Source of the DNA: Callorhinchus milii
Lineage: Eukaryota
DNA length: 64,000 nt
Direction: 5' to 3'
NCBI RefSeq assembly: GCF_018977255.1
Contig: NW_024704743.1
Span: 56,112,001-56,176,000, forward strand
The notes under the pieces were generated by a model that was not told the DNA's origin, did no database searches, and saw nothing but the letters and a program-made list of their open reading frames with translations. Below, piece after piece: positions 1 through 14,746 of this stretch (positions are counted from its first letter, which is position 1; every line of letters starts with the position of its first letter). The translations under genes were made by a program, and so were the position numbers.

Positions 1-1199
1 AGGGAGACTGGATTCTGTTTTTATGTCTCATCTGAAACATGATATCTCTAACGATTTGTTTTTATGTATCATCTGTTGGCCTGGACTATGAATCCCAATG
101 TAAGCTTTGAACTCACAATCTTCTGTCCCAGAGGCAAGAGAAAAAACAACTGAGCTAAACTGCAGGATTAAGCACTAGCACAATGTACTGAATGTCTTCC
201 ATCTGTGTTGTAAACATATTATATGATTCGACAAAGTATGGTCATTGGAAAACCAAAAATAACATTGCTTCTTCACCTCTGTTGAAATATTATTGCTATT
301 GTTGAGAAAGATATTAGGAGAAAGCTCATAATATATTTACAAGAATCCCTTAATGTATTCCTTTAATATTTATAGTATAATAAATAGCTATAATAAAGTA
401 TGGAACTATCACAAACACACTCCAGTAGGCAACCAAGTAATGCAAACTATTCACTAGGAAGTCATCAAAGGATGAAGTGAACGACCAATTTTATCTGGTC
501 AGGACACTGGGAGAAACTCCTGTTTCGAATAGTTTCACAGGATCTTTAATGTCCACTTGAACAGGCAGTCAGGACAGGACCTCAGTTTAGCATTTCATGT
601 GTAGGGTGACACCTGTAGCAATGAGTTTTACGCCATCCTTCCCCCCAGCAGTGCATTGGAATGTTTGCATAGACTATATGAGTTCAAAGTAATGACGAGA
701 GATTTGAACCCCCAACAATCTGACTCAAAGGTGAGAGTGCTACCAACTGAACTAAAGTGATACCTAAATCAGAGAAAAGCAAGAGGAAACTGAGATTGGT
801 GCACTATTGTGAAATAGATCTATTATCTTCAAGAACTTCACATTTCAAATAGGCTTCTCCACATATGTTTGTTAGATTTATCAAAGATTCTCTTGCGTTG
901 CTTTCATTACTATAGCACAGGCTGCACTTAGAAACATGATCACGTGACAATACTGACCCTGGAGACCTCCCATAGGGCTGTCACAAGATTTACATTCTAC
1001 ATCAAGTTTGTCATCCATGGATGAGTGGAACCTATGGCAACATTGCATAAATGGCCTAATGGTATCATTTGTTTCATGCAAAATCTGGAATATTTGTTTC
1101 CTCAATTGACTGACACAAAAAGAACACATGTAAAGACTAACAATAATAGATACTAATAAATAATCCTTACAATTGATATAGTGTCTTACAATCTCTTCA

Positions 1200-1885
1200 A
1201 AATGTTGTTCCTCTTAGTCCATATAGGGAGACAGTGTAGCCTGGAGAGGATGGCAATAATAGGATGCAAAGTTTTGTCTGGGTAGGGATATGAGTGAAAG
1301 AGGTTTGATTGAGCTGGGGCTTATGGACAGTGGAACAAGGAAGGTAGGCAACAAGAGCATTTGAAATTTTTTGATATGAATTGGGAATGAGAGAGTGACA
1401 GAGGTGGGTGATCCAACAAACATATCGTCTTGGTGAGCAAAAAAACAGCATTGTGAGTGAGAGAGTGACAGAGACGGGTGATCTAGCAAACATACAGTTT
1501 TGGTCAGAGACCGGATGTGGGGGTTGAATTAAATCAAATTCGAAGGTTGTACACGGAATCAGTGAGTTGGAGAGAGGCTAGGAAGGTTGAGAAAGTAGGA
1601 GCCAGATGCAAAGAGACATTGTTGGGAGTCGAGGAGAATAGTTCTGCCTTGTCCATGATAACGTGAAGAAAGTTAAGACTCATCCAGGACTTGACTTCAG
1701 GCAGACAGGCAGTCAAAACATCAGTAAATGTGGCTTCAAGGGTAGAAAGATAAAGGTAGATTTGGGTGTTATCCATGTACATGTAAAATCTAAACCCACG
1801 TTTGCAAATGATATCACCAAGGGGGAGCACGTAGATGAAGAAAACAATGGGACCCAGGATCGAGCCCTGAGTTACACCACAGGTG
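1200..1885 (-). mobile_element. L2-clade LINE fragment
   Basis: Minus ORF LPLGDIICKRGFRFYMYMDNTQIYL..VKSWMSLNFL (RT YADD region), preceded by a GVTQGSILGP motif. Confidence 0.8.
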
Positions 1886-2959
1886 ACAATGCAAAATTAT
1901 GTCCTCATTTGAATCAATATACCTCAAGGCTAAACCAGCTCTGTTAGTGCTGCAATGGATGTTGTTCAAGTGCTAGAGGAGTCCTCTCCAGTCCCTGCTC
2001 TTGTTTCTTCAAGAACTGTGCATCTGATAGACCTTGTAAAGACAATCCACTTTACTGTATGCCTCACCAAACTGACCAAACAGAGGGCTAAATTCCACAG
2101 ATGTCTCCAGACTGGCCCAGAGAATTCTGTGACATAGACATTGAGATCAGCAGTTACTCATAATGTGATTGGCAATGTTGTGGTCACCATAAAATCCTCA
2201 GATACATTCATGGCAACAGAGAACACAATTCTGTCTCTAGTAACAGTCATAACCTTCTAAGGCACTGTCGCTCAGTTAGCATTAGGTACGATATCTTCTT
2301 CTTATCTCTTATGACATCCTTTTATTAATAATAAGAATCACTGCATTTAATATAATGCCTTTCACATCAGGAGGTTTTTATTTTCAAGTATAGTGACTGT
2401 GTATTTTGTAGGCAAACATGACAGCCAATCTGCACCCAACAATGTCCCAGAAATTGCCTTGAAGTGAATGACCAATTTTATCAGGGAAATTGTTAGGCAG
2501 GATACCAGGAGAAACTCCCTTTAGCTTTTGAACCATGCCATGGGATTTTAACGTCCCCTTGAACAGGCAACTGGGACCTTGGTCTAACAGCACTGTGTTA
2601 GAGTGTGAGCTTAAATTGTAAATTCAAAATTCTGATGTTGGGCCTGAACCCACCACCTTATGACTCAGAGTGATACCAACTGAGCCAGGCTGATACCTCC
2701 TGCAAAGGATCTCTTCCTGCTCTCTGCTTTTTTTTTTAAATCAATTTGGATGAGAAACAACAATGGCCAAGATGATTATTTCCACCGTCACCACATGCAA
2801 TCCAAATAATAATACTTGATATCGCACCTCATCACGCCATCGAGATGTCTCGAAGCGCTTCACGAAGCATACAGTAAAGTGGATTGTCTGTGAAGTTTGT
2901 GGGTGAATGCAGCAGCCACTTGCATACAGCAATATCCCACAAACGGGTGGGACCCTGGT

Positions 2960-3247
2960 GGGTGGGTCGCTAACCCGAGGACACAGGTTTAAATAGTTGT
3001 TAAAAGAAACAGAGGTGAGGGGAAATTTTTTCACAGCGAGTTGTTCAGATCTGGAATGCATTGCCTGAAAGGGTGATGGAAGCCAATTTGATAACTTTTA
3101 TAATAGAGATAATTATTTCGGGAGGACACATTTGCAGTGCTATGGGGAGAGACCGGGGAGTGAGATTGATTCAGATAGCTCTTTTCAAAGTGCCAGCTCA
3201 GATACGATGGGCCGAATGGCCTCCCTCTATACAATTATAATTCTATG
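2960..3247 (+). mobile_element. CR1 LINE extreme 3' end
   Basis: RVVQIWNALPE motif, tail gatgggccgaatggcctcc..ttctatg. Similar pieces at about 9245-9360 (-) and 63790-64000 (+). Confidence 0.75.
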
Positions 3248-5732
3248 AAGCAGGCATGAAATGAGTGACCAATTTTATTTAGGGGATTTGTTGTCCAGGA
3301 CAAAAGGAGAAACTCCCTTGTCTTTTCAAATAGTGCCATGTGAGTTCAGGTCTCGATATGGCATTTGAACCCAGAACCTTCTGAGTCAGAGGCAAGTGTG
3401 CTACAGTGAACCAAGCCTACACACAACTGACAAATTTATTGAAATAATTAACTGCCTTTGTATCAGTAATGAGCTACTCCAATATGGATAATTTACATAA
3501 TTATAAATTTAAATCACTGCCAGCATTATGTTCTCAGAAATGTTCAGGCTTTGTTTTCTTATGCTCATTATGCTCATGCAAGTAATTTGTGAACGAGGCT
3601 CACTTTCTAAAATGCTAACAGATTAACTAAATAATTAACTAATTATTGATAATATATTACTGACCCATAATGATTATATTATGATGATTAATTATTACTA
3701 GAACCAATTTGCTTCTGTTTGAGAGGTTAATTGAGAGTTAACTACTTATTAGGGGTTCACTATTACATTTAAAGTAAAAATCTATCCGTTGGATGAGGTG
3801 TTAAACTGAGGTCATGTCTTCCTGTTACAAGGTAAACAAGTATCAAATATCTGTTTCTGATGTTGGAAACAGGCTGGTTAGATTGACAGTGAAACACCAA
3901 TAATCTCATTCAAAGGTGGGAGGTTAATCTGAAGAAAAATATGTTGGATGCCTACTGCATGCTTAACAAGGGACATAACTCGGGATTGTGATTGAAGACT
4001 GAGGGGAGGATAGATGTATATTTATATTCATGTAAAGTGTTATTGAAATAGAGTGGTTTGCCACAAATGGATATTGACGCTAAAATCATAACAACATTTA
4101 AAAGAGATTTGGATAAACATTTGAAGAGGAACAAGAAAAAAGGGTAAGCCTGTCACCGATAAATCCAATTTAGCCTTGTTGTTAAAGCAATGGACTCATC
4201 CACAAACAGAGCAAGAGAAGAGAAAATTGATATTTTCCCCATATCAGTGAAACAATCAATTTGTCAAAAAGGAACGTATATATGATGCGTAATTTTCATT
4301 CAGTCCATTCCTTGTATATATGTATATTGTTAATATATATATACACAAATTTGTATCATTTTGTATTTATAGAAAAATGCATTTGGATTTCTTTTAGCCA
4401 AATGCTTAATTAGTCCAGACAGTCCCTATTTATCTTATGTCATCTTTAGGCAGCTCACATCAAAAAGAGTGTGCTTCATCACAACAATTTGGTGATATAT
4501 TAGCTCAGGAAGCTGCCCTTTCATCTTTGGAAGCTAAGTTCAATGAAGCTCAGACTGCTGGAATGAAAGTATTCTCTTTGTCAACTATAAGGGCTTTAGA
4601 AAGCTGGGTTTTGGCAATCTTAACCCATTAATGGATGTTAATGTTAATGGATGTGCTCTTGAACCACATTACAAAACAATTTGACACTAAATTATTCCAT
4701 TCTTACTCAGAGATGACAAGAATGGTTTATGTTCAAACTGGACAAATGCAAATTGTTTCAACAAAAGGGAAGGCTCTCTGTGTTTTGGAAAAGACATATT
4801 AGGGTGTAATGTATGGTTTCTCATTATGATTCCTCAATAAGGAATCCAGAGTCATACAAATTGAGACACCTTCCAGTCACCAGTTGTGCGTTGGGCCAAC
4901 TCCCAAGAATACCACTCCAGTGAGATGAACGTCTGGAGCACAATTCCATTGTGTTCTCAGGAAATCTTACAAAATAGTATAACCATGAATACTGCAACTT
5001 AGACTCCATTGTTTTGGCAGAATAGAAGGTGCTTCAGTATAATGAGATAGCGGCAAACTTTCAAAAATTGCTTTATTGCTTTACTGAAGGAGTGCTAACA
5101 GGTACACACTGCTGCTGCCTCAGAATGATATCCTAGGCCTTGCAGTGGATCGTGCAACCTTTTACATTCCTGTGTGTTTGATCCATGCTATATCTGAGTT
5201 GAAAGTGGGTGATATTAATATTGTGTACATAAATTGAAAACAAGTTCCCTTCCATAGCACTGATATCTTTGTACTTGATAAGCTTGCAGGTTTGGCTGAG
5301 GTTTCCTGTCTGTTTTTCTTCCTAATGCTTGAGATAAAACTTTTACTGGTACACAGAATGAAATATATACTGTATATATAAAGGAACATGGCCCTACAAC
5401 CAAATGGTTAACTGGCTTTCTGATGTTGTCCTAAAATTCAGTTCAAACACCAGCTGCTCAAAAAAGAAACCCATTCAACCCAGAAGCACAAGATTGACAC
5501 ATCTAGAACAAGTTTGTGCTACAGACTGATGTCTTTCACTTGTGCAGGATAAAAGGCACTGTAGTATTGAACAAAAAACATTTAACACTTGTCCGTTAGA
5601 CAGAGTGTGAACTTGGCTTCATTTATCTTTGAACTCTGTGGCTGCTTTTGAACTACGTGCTCCAGTGGTAAAGATCATCTACTTTTATTATGTACTATAC
5701 CTTCTGCATGGAGAGAGTAGCTAACAATCCTT

Positions 5733-7635
5733 CATAGAATCAGCGAGTCATACAGCACAGAAAGAGGCCATTCGGCCTATCACATCTGCGCCAGCTCCTA
5801 AAAGAGCAATCTAACTCAATCCCACTGGCCTGCTTTGTCTCCATAGCCCTGCAATCATGTCCTCCCCAAATACCGCAAGTAATTAGAGTTAGGTCAGAAG
5901 ATCAGCCATGAAATGTGACATTTTTTTTTTTTTACTAATCTCTCCTCTGTTTCTTTTAACAACTACCTTAAATCGGTGTCCTCGGGGTTACTGACCCCAT
6001 GCCAGTGGAAACAGTTTTTTCCGGTTCAACCTATAAAATCCTCTCATGATCTTGAAAACTTCTATTAAATCCCCTCTTAATCTTTTCTGCTCTAGGGAGA
6101 ATAATCCTAGTTTCGCTAACCTCTCCTCATAACTAAAGTCTTTCATTCCTGGCAAGATCTAGTAAACCTCCTTTGCACCCTCTCCAATGCCCTAACATCT
6201 TTCCTCAAGTGTGGTGGCCAGATCTGAACGCAGTACTCCAACTGAGGCCTAACCAGCATTTTATAAATATTCAACATAGCCTCCTGACTTTTGAGTTCTA
6301 TGACCCTATTTATAAAGCCTAGTATCCCATATGCTTTTTTAACAGCTTTATCTATCTGTCCTGCCACCTTCAGAGATTTGTTTATGTGGACCCCCAGATC
6401 TCTCTTTTCATTTGTCCCCTTTAAGATTGTACCATCTAGCTTATAATGCCTCTCCTCATTCTTCCTACCAAAATGCAACACTTTGCATTTCTCCACATTA
6501 AACCTCATCTGCAATGTTTCTGCCCATTTTACCAATCTGTCTAAGTCCTCTTGGAGTCTGGGCTATCCTTGTCACCATTAACTGCTTTCCTAGCTTAGTA
6601 TTGTCTGCAAATTTGGAAATTGTGCTCCCTATATCCAGGTCCAGATCATTAATATAGATCAGAAAGAGCAGTGGTCCCAATCTGAGGGGCACCACTACAC
6701 ACTTCCCTCCAGTCAGAAAAGCAACTAATTTCTCCCACTCTCTGCTTTCTGTCTCCTAGCCAGCTGGATTCATGTTGCCACAGTCCCTTTAATACCATGG
6801 GCTTCTATTTTGTTTATAAGTCTCTTATGTGGCACTTTGTCAAATACCTTTTGAAAATCTAAATAACTTACATCTACTGCACTACCTTCATCCACCCTCT
6901 CAGTCACTTCATCAAAAAATTCTATTAGGTTTGTCAGACACGATCTGCCTTTAACAAATCTGTATTGACTGTCCTTTATTAAACCATATTTTTCTAAGTG
7001 AGAATTTATATTGGATTATAGTCTCCAGAAGTTTCCCTACTACTGATGTTAGGCTGATTGGCCTGTAGTTCTCAGGTTGGGAGTCCTGTAGCTCAGTGGT
7101 TAGAGCACTCGCTTTGCAAGCGAGAGACCTGAGTTCAATTCCAGGCAGGGCGAAACCTTGGGCAAGTTTCCTTACTCCACACGCCTAATAATAATCCCTC
7201 CAAAAAAAAAAAAAAAAAAACCAGAACAATAATAAATTGGTCATTTTCAACCTACGACTGTTTGTGGGACATTGCTGTGCGCAATTGGCTGCCGCGTTCG
7301 CCCACAAATATACAGTCAATTCACTTTACAGTGTGTTCTGTGAAGCGCTTTGGGACGTCCTCCCGACGTGAAAAGCGCTATATCAAATGCAAGGATTATT
7401 ATTATTATTATCCTTCTGCCCCTTTTTGTACAGGGAAGTAACATTTGCAACCTTCCAGTCCTCTGGCACCACTCCAGTGTCCAAAGAGAATTGAAAGATT
7501 GTGACCAGAGCCTCCGCTATTTCCATCCTTGCTTCCCTCAGTAACCTAGGATGCATTCTGTTCAGACCAGGTGACTTATCTATGTTGAGCACCGACAGGC
7601 TTTTTAGTACCTCGCCTCTGTTGATTTTTATCCTT
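5733..7635 (-). mobile_element. CR1-clade LINE, 5'-truncated, degenerate RT ORF2
   Basis: Minus-strand ORFs: KSPGLNRMHPRLLRE..VPEDWKVANVT, GPLLFLIYINDLD..KFADNTKLG, MRFNVEKCKVLHFG..RPQLEYCVQIW..LERVQRRFT. Tail with catagaa and ggccattcggcc. Interrupted by the SINE at 7080. Confidence 0.93.
7080..7410 (+). mobile_element. Young full-length tRNA(Ala)-derived SINE with Deu-domain-like core and L2-type tail
   Basis: A-box TAGCTCAGTGG (7089-7099). Anticodon arm CTCGC-TTTGCAA-GCGAG (7108-7124, anticodon TGC). B-box-like AGTTCAATTCC. Core ctgtttgtgggacattgctgtgcgcaattggctgccgcgtt. (ATT)n tail. CpGs intact. Confidence 0.92.
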
Positions 7636-9749
7636 GAGGTACTTCCTCTTGAGCCAAAAGCAATACAATCTATGATAATCATCCTTCCGTTACTTGTGAC
7701 ACTGCCTTAACTCATTTGTGCTAAGACAGTTGGGATTTATTTGTTCTACTGACAGTACTGTATATATTCTGCACCCTATTATTTCTATTATCTCCCCAAT
7801 TTTCTTAATACTCAAGCAGTCACTTCCATTTCACTCGTTAATTCTTAGACTGTTGACAGATCTGCAGTTTTCCTTTCTCTGTTGGCTGACCAGTTCTGTA
7901 CATTTTCAGCTCATGTACTATTACTGTCTTAAGTGCAATTTTCAAATCTGAAATAAGGAAGTGGGAAATACAACTGTGTTAATGGGTTAACTTTTATTTC
8001 AAATTACATCAATTATGTAGGTGCTTTTCACCAAAGGAAAAAAGCAGCAGTAAGTCATCTCTGAATGAACTTTAATGGGACTGGTCATTTGCCAACTATG
8101 TCTGTGGTGAATAGTGCTTGCTAGAGAATAAAGCTAAAGGATGGATAAGAACATAATTAGAAAAATTGAAAAAAATCAGTTTTAAATGCACAAATGTCTT
8201 TCTCATCATTCCGCACATCTTTATATATTATGGTTGCAAATTAAGGCTGATAGATGGTTCAACCTCATTACAACAATCTGGTTTCTTTCTTAATAGCTTT
8301 ATTTTTGCTACCACACAAAATTATACGGAACATTTAGCACAGCAAAATTATTCCTCAATATCCCATGATTTTCTAAGTCAAAAATGTGTTAGCACAAACA
8401 CACATTGAAGTATTCTGGAATACACCAAGGCAAGAAACTATGGATGTGTTAAAATGTAATAATACGTCCATTTGATATAACATCCAAAACATAAGAATAA
8501 CTCAAAGCTTGTCACAATGTTTTTGTAAAATATAATAATTGTGTATTTGTAGGCAACTCCACCAGCCAATTTACTGTATTGTCCCACACAACAGTCAGAA
8601 AGTGAATGACCAATGTATCTGGAACATTGTTGGTCGGGGCACCAGAGGAAACTTCCTTCTCGTACGAATAATGGAATGGAATTTTTAATGGCCAGCTGAA
8701 CAAGCAAATAGGAACTTGTTTTAATATCATATCCAAAGTACTGCACCTATCGTCTGACAATACAGCACCTCGCCATCGCTGCACTAAGAGCTATAAGTCC
8801 TGGCATTGTGTTTGATCTCACAATTTTCTGACCAAGAGGCTGAAACCATGTTATATGGTCATTCATCTAATTACCTTTCATAAATTCTCAATGAGTCATA
8901 TGTTTAATTTGAAATATGTTATTAAATTCATTTGAATCAGGTTATTTTAATGCTACATAATTCACTGGGGAAGCCACAATTAGAATGTTATTGGTAGCTT
9001 TGGGCATCTCACCTTCAAAAGGACATTGAAGCACAGAAAGATATCCAGAGAAGAGCAACGGAGATACTACAACACAAAGCTAATGATGTCAGGAAAGATT
9101 GGCAGAATCTAACTTCTTATGGAGGGGAGGAATATCAAGGGACAACTTGATTCAGGTTTGGAAAACAGTGAAATATATTAATGCTGTAGGCATGTAGACA
9201 ATGTAAATGTAGGAAAAGTGTAAATTGTATTGTATATAGATATACAGAATCATACAATCATAGAATTTTACAGCACAGAAGGAGGCCATTTGGCCCATCA
9301 TGTCTGTGCCAGAAAGAGCTACCAACTAGTCCCACTCCCCTGTTCTTACCCCATAGCCCCAAAATATGTACGTTATTTAATATAAATTATGAGTATCTCC
9401 CAGTATCCTGGCCAACATTCCTTCACACAAATTACACAGTCATTAAATGTTACAGTAAATCCTGTAAAGCGTTTTCAGTTGTCCTCAACATGAAAGGAGC
9501 AATACCAAATGCAAGGATTATTATTACAAGTGTAGTCCTGGCTGAACCAAATAATAAATGGAATACTGTGCAACTAATTCAATTCCCAAGATCATGGGAA
9601 TGAGATGCATTAAGTCTATCTATTCATAGCAGACCAGGCAAAGAAAATTGTAATATTAAATTAGTAGTATGTAGTTTTTGTTCAATTACTTTTAAGACCA
9701 AGGGAAACATTCCACATTTCTACTTTATAGATAATTTTACTTGAAATAA

Positions 9750-10152
9750 TACTTGCATTTGATACTGTGCTTTATTACATTGCTGAAACATCTCATGGTG
9801 CTTCACATGGTTGTACTGTAAAATGTAATGACTATTTGTAAGGGAACACGGCAGTGAATTTGCACACAATATCCCACAAACAGTCATGAAGTGAAACGAC
9901 CAATTTTAGCTGGAGGATTGTTGAACAGGTCACCAGAAGAAATTCCCTCTCTCTTTGAATAGTGCATGGAGTCTTTAATGCTCATCCGAATAAGCAATTG
10001 GACTTTGTTTTAATACTCTTCAAAAGATGGTATCTCCAAACAATGCAGCACTCCCTCAAGCACTGCATTGGAGTGTCAGCTTTAATTATAGACAAAGTCT
10101 CAGCATAGGGCTTGAACCCACAACCTTTTAAGTCAGAAGCGAATGTGCTACC
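9750..10152 (-). mobile_element. Older Deu-domain-like SINE
   Basis: Same layout. More degenerate copies at about 430-765, 2335-2697, 8520-8850, 25740-26105, 31600-31780 and 38560-38900. Confidence 0.7.
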
Positions 10153-13100
10153 AACTGAGCGAGGCTGCCACATTTAAAGCAGAAATAACGAGGAGAAATC
10201 TCCTACCAATTGGTGTATTTATTTTTATTATTTAAATGTCCTCCTTCCTTTCCATAAGTAATTTGAATCAATTTACCTTATACTTAGCTATTAGCAACTC
10301 AACTGCTGCTCCAGCTGAGACCATCTACCACAAGCTGGGACTTGAACCTACTATTTTCATCTTATGGTGTAGTTTTGCATTATACAGTGCCTTTAATTGC
10401 TGCACCATCAGGGAAGCTAGTTACATCCAATTAGTGTCCTTGCCTTATAATGAATTTCCAAAATTGCTTCCATGTCCCTTTTTAACCTGTGGACATGAAC
10501 CTTATGTCTTCCTGTTGCTAATCCACAAAACCGTTGCTTTTCTATCAACACTTTTAGTCAGTTTGGTTGCACTCCACCTTTTAGATCGGAAAGCACAAAC
10601 AGTGGTCGTGGCGAAACTGGCGGTGGTTAATAAGATTTGTGCATATAAATTTAATAGGAAATTGAACAGAACCTGGATGGATATGCGATTTAGGTAATTA
10701 TATGATTTATACATATCAGACTTATGCACGTTTTCCTCTTTCACTATGAAAGGAATTAAAAACAATTTTGAAGTGTGCTAACAAACTCTTGTTTGACCAC
10801 ATGGAGAATTTGATAATATGAATCCTTGCATTTGCACCAGTGCTTATAATGTTACTGTTTCAAAGTGTACTGATGATACATTTGTAGGTGATCACAGCAG
10901 CCTATCTGCATACAGCAAACGCCAGGAAATGAATGACCAATTTATCTGGAGGATTATTGGCGAGGATATAGGGAGAAACTCACTTCTCTTTTCAAATAAC
11001 GTCATGGGATCTTTAATTTCCACCTGAATATACAGACAGATTCAATAAACCCAGATCGAAAATGTTAGTACAATTTATTTTTGCTTTTCAAGGAAACTGT
11101 GCTACAACCAATCGTAACTCTTAAGAGAACTGCAATAGAATCCTGACATTAAGTATTTTGTAGGAATATCTGAATTGAAATGACACTTATCTTGATTGAA
11201 AAAATCTTGAAACAAATTGTCAAAATGCACTATTTCTCACCTTCATGTACAATCAGATTAAAGATAGCATAGAAATACCTCCTTTTTCCTCCAGTGTTAC
11301 AACATAGAATAATCGCCCACAAAACACACAGTATATCTGGTGAAGCGCTTTGAAACATTCTCCTGAATTGAAAGGCACAATGGCAACTGTAAGGATCATT
11401 ATGATAGATTTGATAACATAGGTTATTTTGGCTCATCAAATTGTATCAATTTGTATCAATCACTGTATCAATCCCAATGGACATGATGAACCAAATGGCC
11501 TTCTGTAAGTGTTTAAAATTTAAATTTCTAAATTAATGCTGGTCCTTGCTTCTAAATTGGTCTGTCATTGTAATTTAAAATCCCTCTTGTGCGTTGTAAC
11601 TTTATTTAATTTCTCTTAAAAATATTTATTTTTAAAATGTCTTTTTAATCTGGAGTATTTCAACTGATTATTCAAGATTGTTAATGTTATAGAACTGTAC
11701 ATTTTAATCTATCTTCCATTTTAGGGCTAGATGAGTAAAATGTAAATCTACCAATTTTTTCTCTCTACATAACTGTCCTTTAACGCAGTACAAAATTCCT
11801 TCTCTAACATAAAAGAAGCAATAGCAATTTACTGACAATCTTTTGGGGGAATATAATGATACAAAACTAATACTTGAATGTTTAAAAATAGCATTCAGTC
11901 AGATCCCCAGTGAAGACAATTTGAACACAGGGCTGTCTCAAAACATCTCCATCTGTAACAAAAGAGAAGTCAGTTGTAACCTAAACACAGAACCCATTTT
12001 AATCCACAATCACATTCACCAGGTTTGTACTTGAAATCCTTTATCACAACTACACTGGGCAACCAACTGAACCATCACATGAGCCTACTTCAATGGTATT
12101 GCTATTTGAGGTTCTGCAACACCTACATTTAACAGTTTAAGGTAAACACTGAAAAATAAATGTGTTAAGGTGAGCTTTTTGGAAAGCTCAGGAATAGTGA
12201 ATGGATACTTTGCAAGTTTGGAACAAGAATGTATATACATGAAGCTAAAATGTTTATTGTAACCAAACCAGCTTCCCTAATAATGAATCTGCCGCACAGT
12301 CTGATTGACCTCCCTGATGCAAGCAACTTTACTGTGAGACATGGAATCCATCCCAATTGCCATGGGACTATTTTCTCGATAATTAACAGTGCAGAACTAA
12401 TCCTGGATACAAAACTGACAACCCTTTGACATACTGAAAAACCAGTTCAGTCACTCCGGTAGCTCAGTTGGTTGAGAATAGACCCAGAAGGTTCTAGGTG
12501 TGAATTCTGGTGGATCCATTCAGCTCTTGGCCCTTTGAGGTCAATGACATTTTGAGTAGAAAGGCCCAAATTGGGGGCAGTCCCAATGCTGGAACCATCT
12601 CTTACAGAACAGGAGCTCCCTGATTTGAATCCTGGTCCTTGTGGTTTGCCAGGGCTGTGAAAAGGTAAACACAGAACAATACCTTCAGATGCATCAAGAC
12701 AGTAGAAAAAGAGGACATGACTTTAGAGTTTTAAAGGGCAGTTTCAGGACAGATACCAAGAAGTTTTTCTAGTTTATTTTCCTTTTGGGCTCATCAATGA
12801 TAATTTTAAATATGGACGTGCCCTCAAACATTCATGCCAAAGGTATGATGATTCTAGCTGGCAAACTACCATGAAACATGTCAATTTTTCCACTGAGGCA
12901 AAGTTACCATTTACCACACAGACACAAAATAGTAATTGATAGCCAATAGAATAAACCCACAATAATCCTAAACATTCAAGGACAACTCAGTGAACTCCAT
13001 TTCCAAATTATTTCTAATCTTAAATAATTAGATCTTGTACCACACGACAAGAATCAGAAGAATTTTCTCAAACAGGAACATCAATTGAAACTGACTGAAA

Positions 13101-14467
13101 TGTAAAAGAAAACAAGAGCAAGTTTATCGTGGAGGAATAAAATAATATTTATTTAAAAATTATATTTTGATGAGTTTGAGGACCATAGGCATGAAATCCC
13201 AAAGGTTCTTATGGTGAATTTACAATAATGGGGAAGTTGGGGGTGGGTGAGTGGAGGAGAAATCAGATGGACTCTGGGATGCCATTCCTGAGAACAGGGC
13301 AGAAACTTTGTTTTTCTACAGCCCCCGAAAAGCCTTAAGCTCAACCTTCTAACCCAACCACACAAGAAAGAATTGGTCATGCGGGCATCTTAAGAAAATT
13401 GTGTTCTTCAGCCATTGTTTATATATAAATATTTTTGAAAGAGGGTAGCATCACCATATTAACATAGAATTTAGGGAAGGTGAATCTAACCCAGGACAAA
13501 GACTCTATGCAATACTGGGTCAATCCACACACAATACTGGATGCAATTCACAAACAATGACACACTTTTAGTTAAGAAAGCAAAGAAAATTTCAACAAAA
13601 ATAATTTATATTGATGTAGAGCCTTTTACATTGGGAGGACATCTCAAAGCGCATGGGGCACTGGGAGCTTGAAATTGGGGCTGGGGCAATAGTGGGAAAA
13701 GTGGCTAAAAGCATAGCCCAAACTTTAAAACAACAGGTCTTAAGAACGTTTTGAAGGCAGGGATAGGGCAAGACAAATGGACACTGGGGTGGCATTTCAG
13801 AGAATAAAGCAGAAAAGTCATCCGGCTGGTCAGAAAGGGCATGTCTGGAGACACAGGTCTTGTTTGCTTTAATATATTCCAAAGTAGTTAATATATTTTG
13901 CTCACAAAATACACAGTTGATCCATTTTACAGTGTATCCTGTGAGACGCTTGAGACATATTGACAACATGATAAATCAAATCAAATGCAAAGATTATTAA
14001 AACTAAAACCTACAGCGGCCTAAGAGATCAGCACCTGTTCCTGCCCCAACACTGTCAGGAATGGGCCTGTGAAATCCATCTTCCTCATTGCAGGGCACAA
14101 GCTTAAGAGGGTGACTGTTTTGCTGGACACTTTCCTGGGCTCGCGGTCACGGTGACAGCAAGTTTCCAACATTACATGGAAATAAAACACATGTGGCAAG
14201 TGGGAGGTGTTTGATTCAGCAGAACATACTATTCCAGGTAAAAAAAAAAAAACCTGCTTAAAATAACACTTCAACAATGAGGGAACAGCATCCCTTTAAA
14301 AATAGAGTGACATCATGTGTTATATTAGGAATGATCCTGGGGACTGAATAAAGAGCAGTTGTGGCCAGACCCAGACTGTTAGGGTAAAGGGTCCCATTCC
14401 AGATCAGTCAGGTGCAAGTCTGCTCTTCAACTCCAGCAAAACAGTCAATCCTCTTTGACAACGTGAA

Positions 14468-14493
14468 TGACTGACTGACTGACTGACTGACTG
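14468..14493 (+). repeat. (GACT)n microsatellite
   Basis: tgactgactgactgactgactgactg. Confidence 0.95.
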
Positions 14494-14746
14494 CAAACGA
14501 CCAGAAAAGTAACGGGTTTGGCTGTTCGATGGCAAACCCTCTGCTCGTGTGAGACCGACTTGCGGAGTGGTTTTAATCAGCAGTTTCTCTCTCTCTCTGT
14601 GTGTGTGTGTCTCTCTCTGTGCGAGTCTCGCACCGTTGAGATCCGACCCTGCGGGGCATCAGGTAAACTCTCAGCCGAGCGCTGCGTCTGCGGAAATAAT
14701 TGCCACTCGTTCACTAAAAAAGCCATCGTTTGCTTTCATGTTTCAG

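Noticed and set aside
4437..5060. Possible DIRS-like RNase H / tyrosine recombinase fossil on the - strand (HYTEAPSILPKQW, AHSF*)
   Set aside because: Only faint motif resemblance across several frames, and the spacing is too short for a DIRS element. A translated HMM/Dfam search would be needed.
7080..7152. tRNA-Ala(TGC) gene (also at 27921)
   Set aside because: No proper acceptor stem or nearby T-run terminator. It continues into a SINE body and tail found many times in the window.
10236..10765. ORFs of 153 aa (+) and 87 aa (-)
   Set aside because: No recognisable domain or convincing splice structure, and the 5' part overlaps SINE-like sequence.
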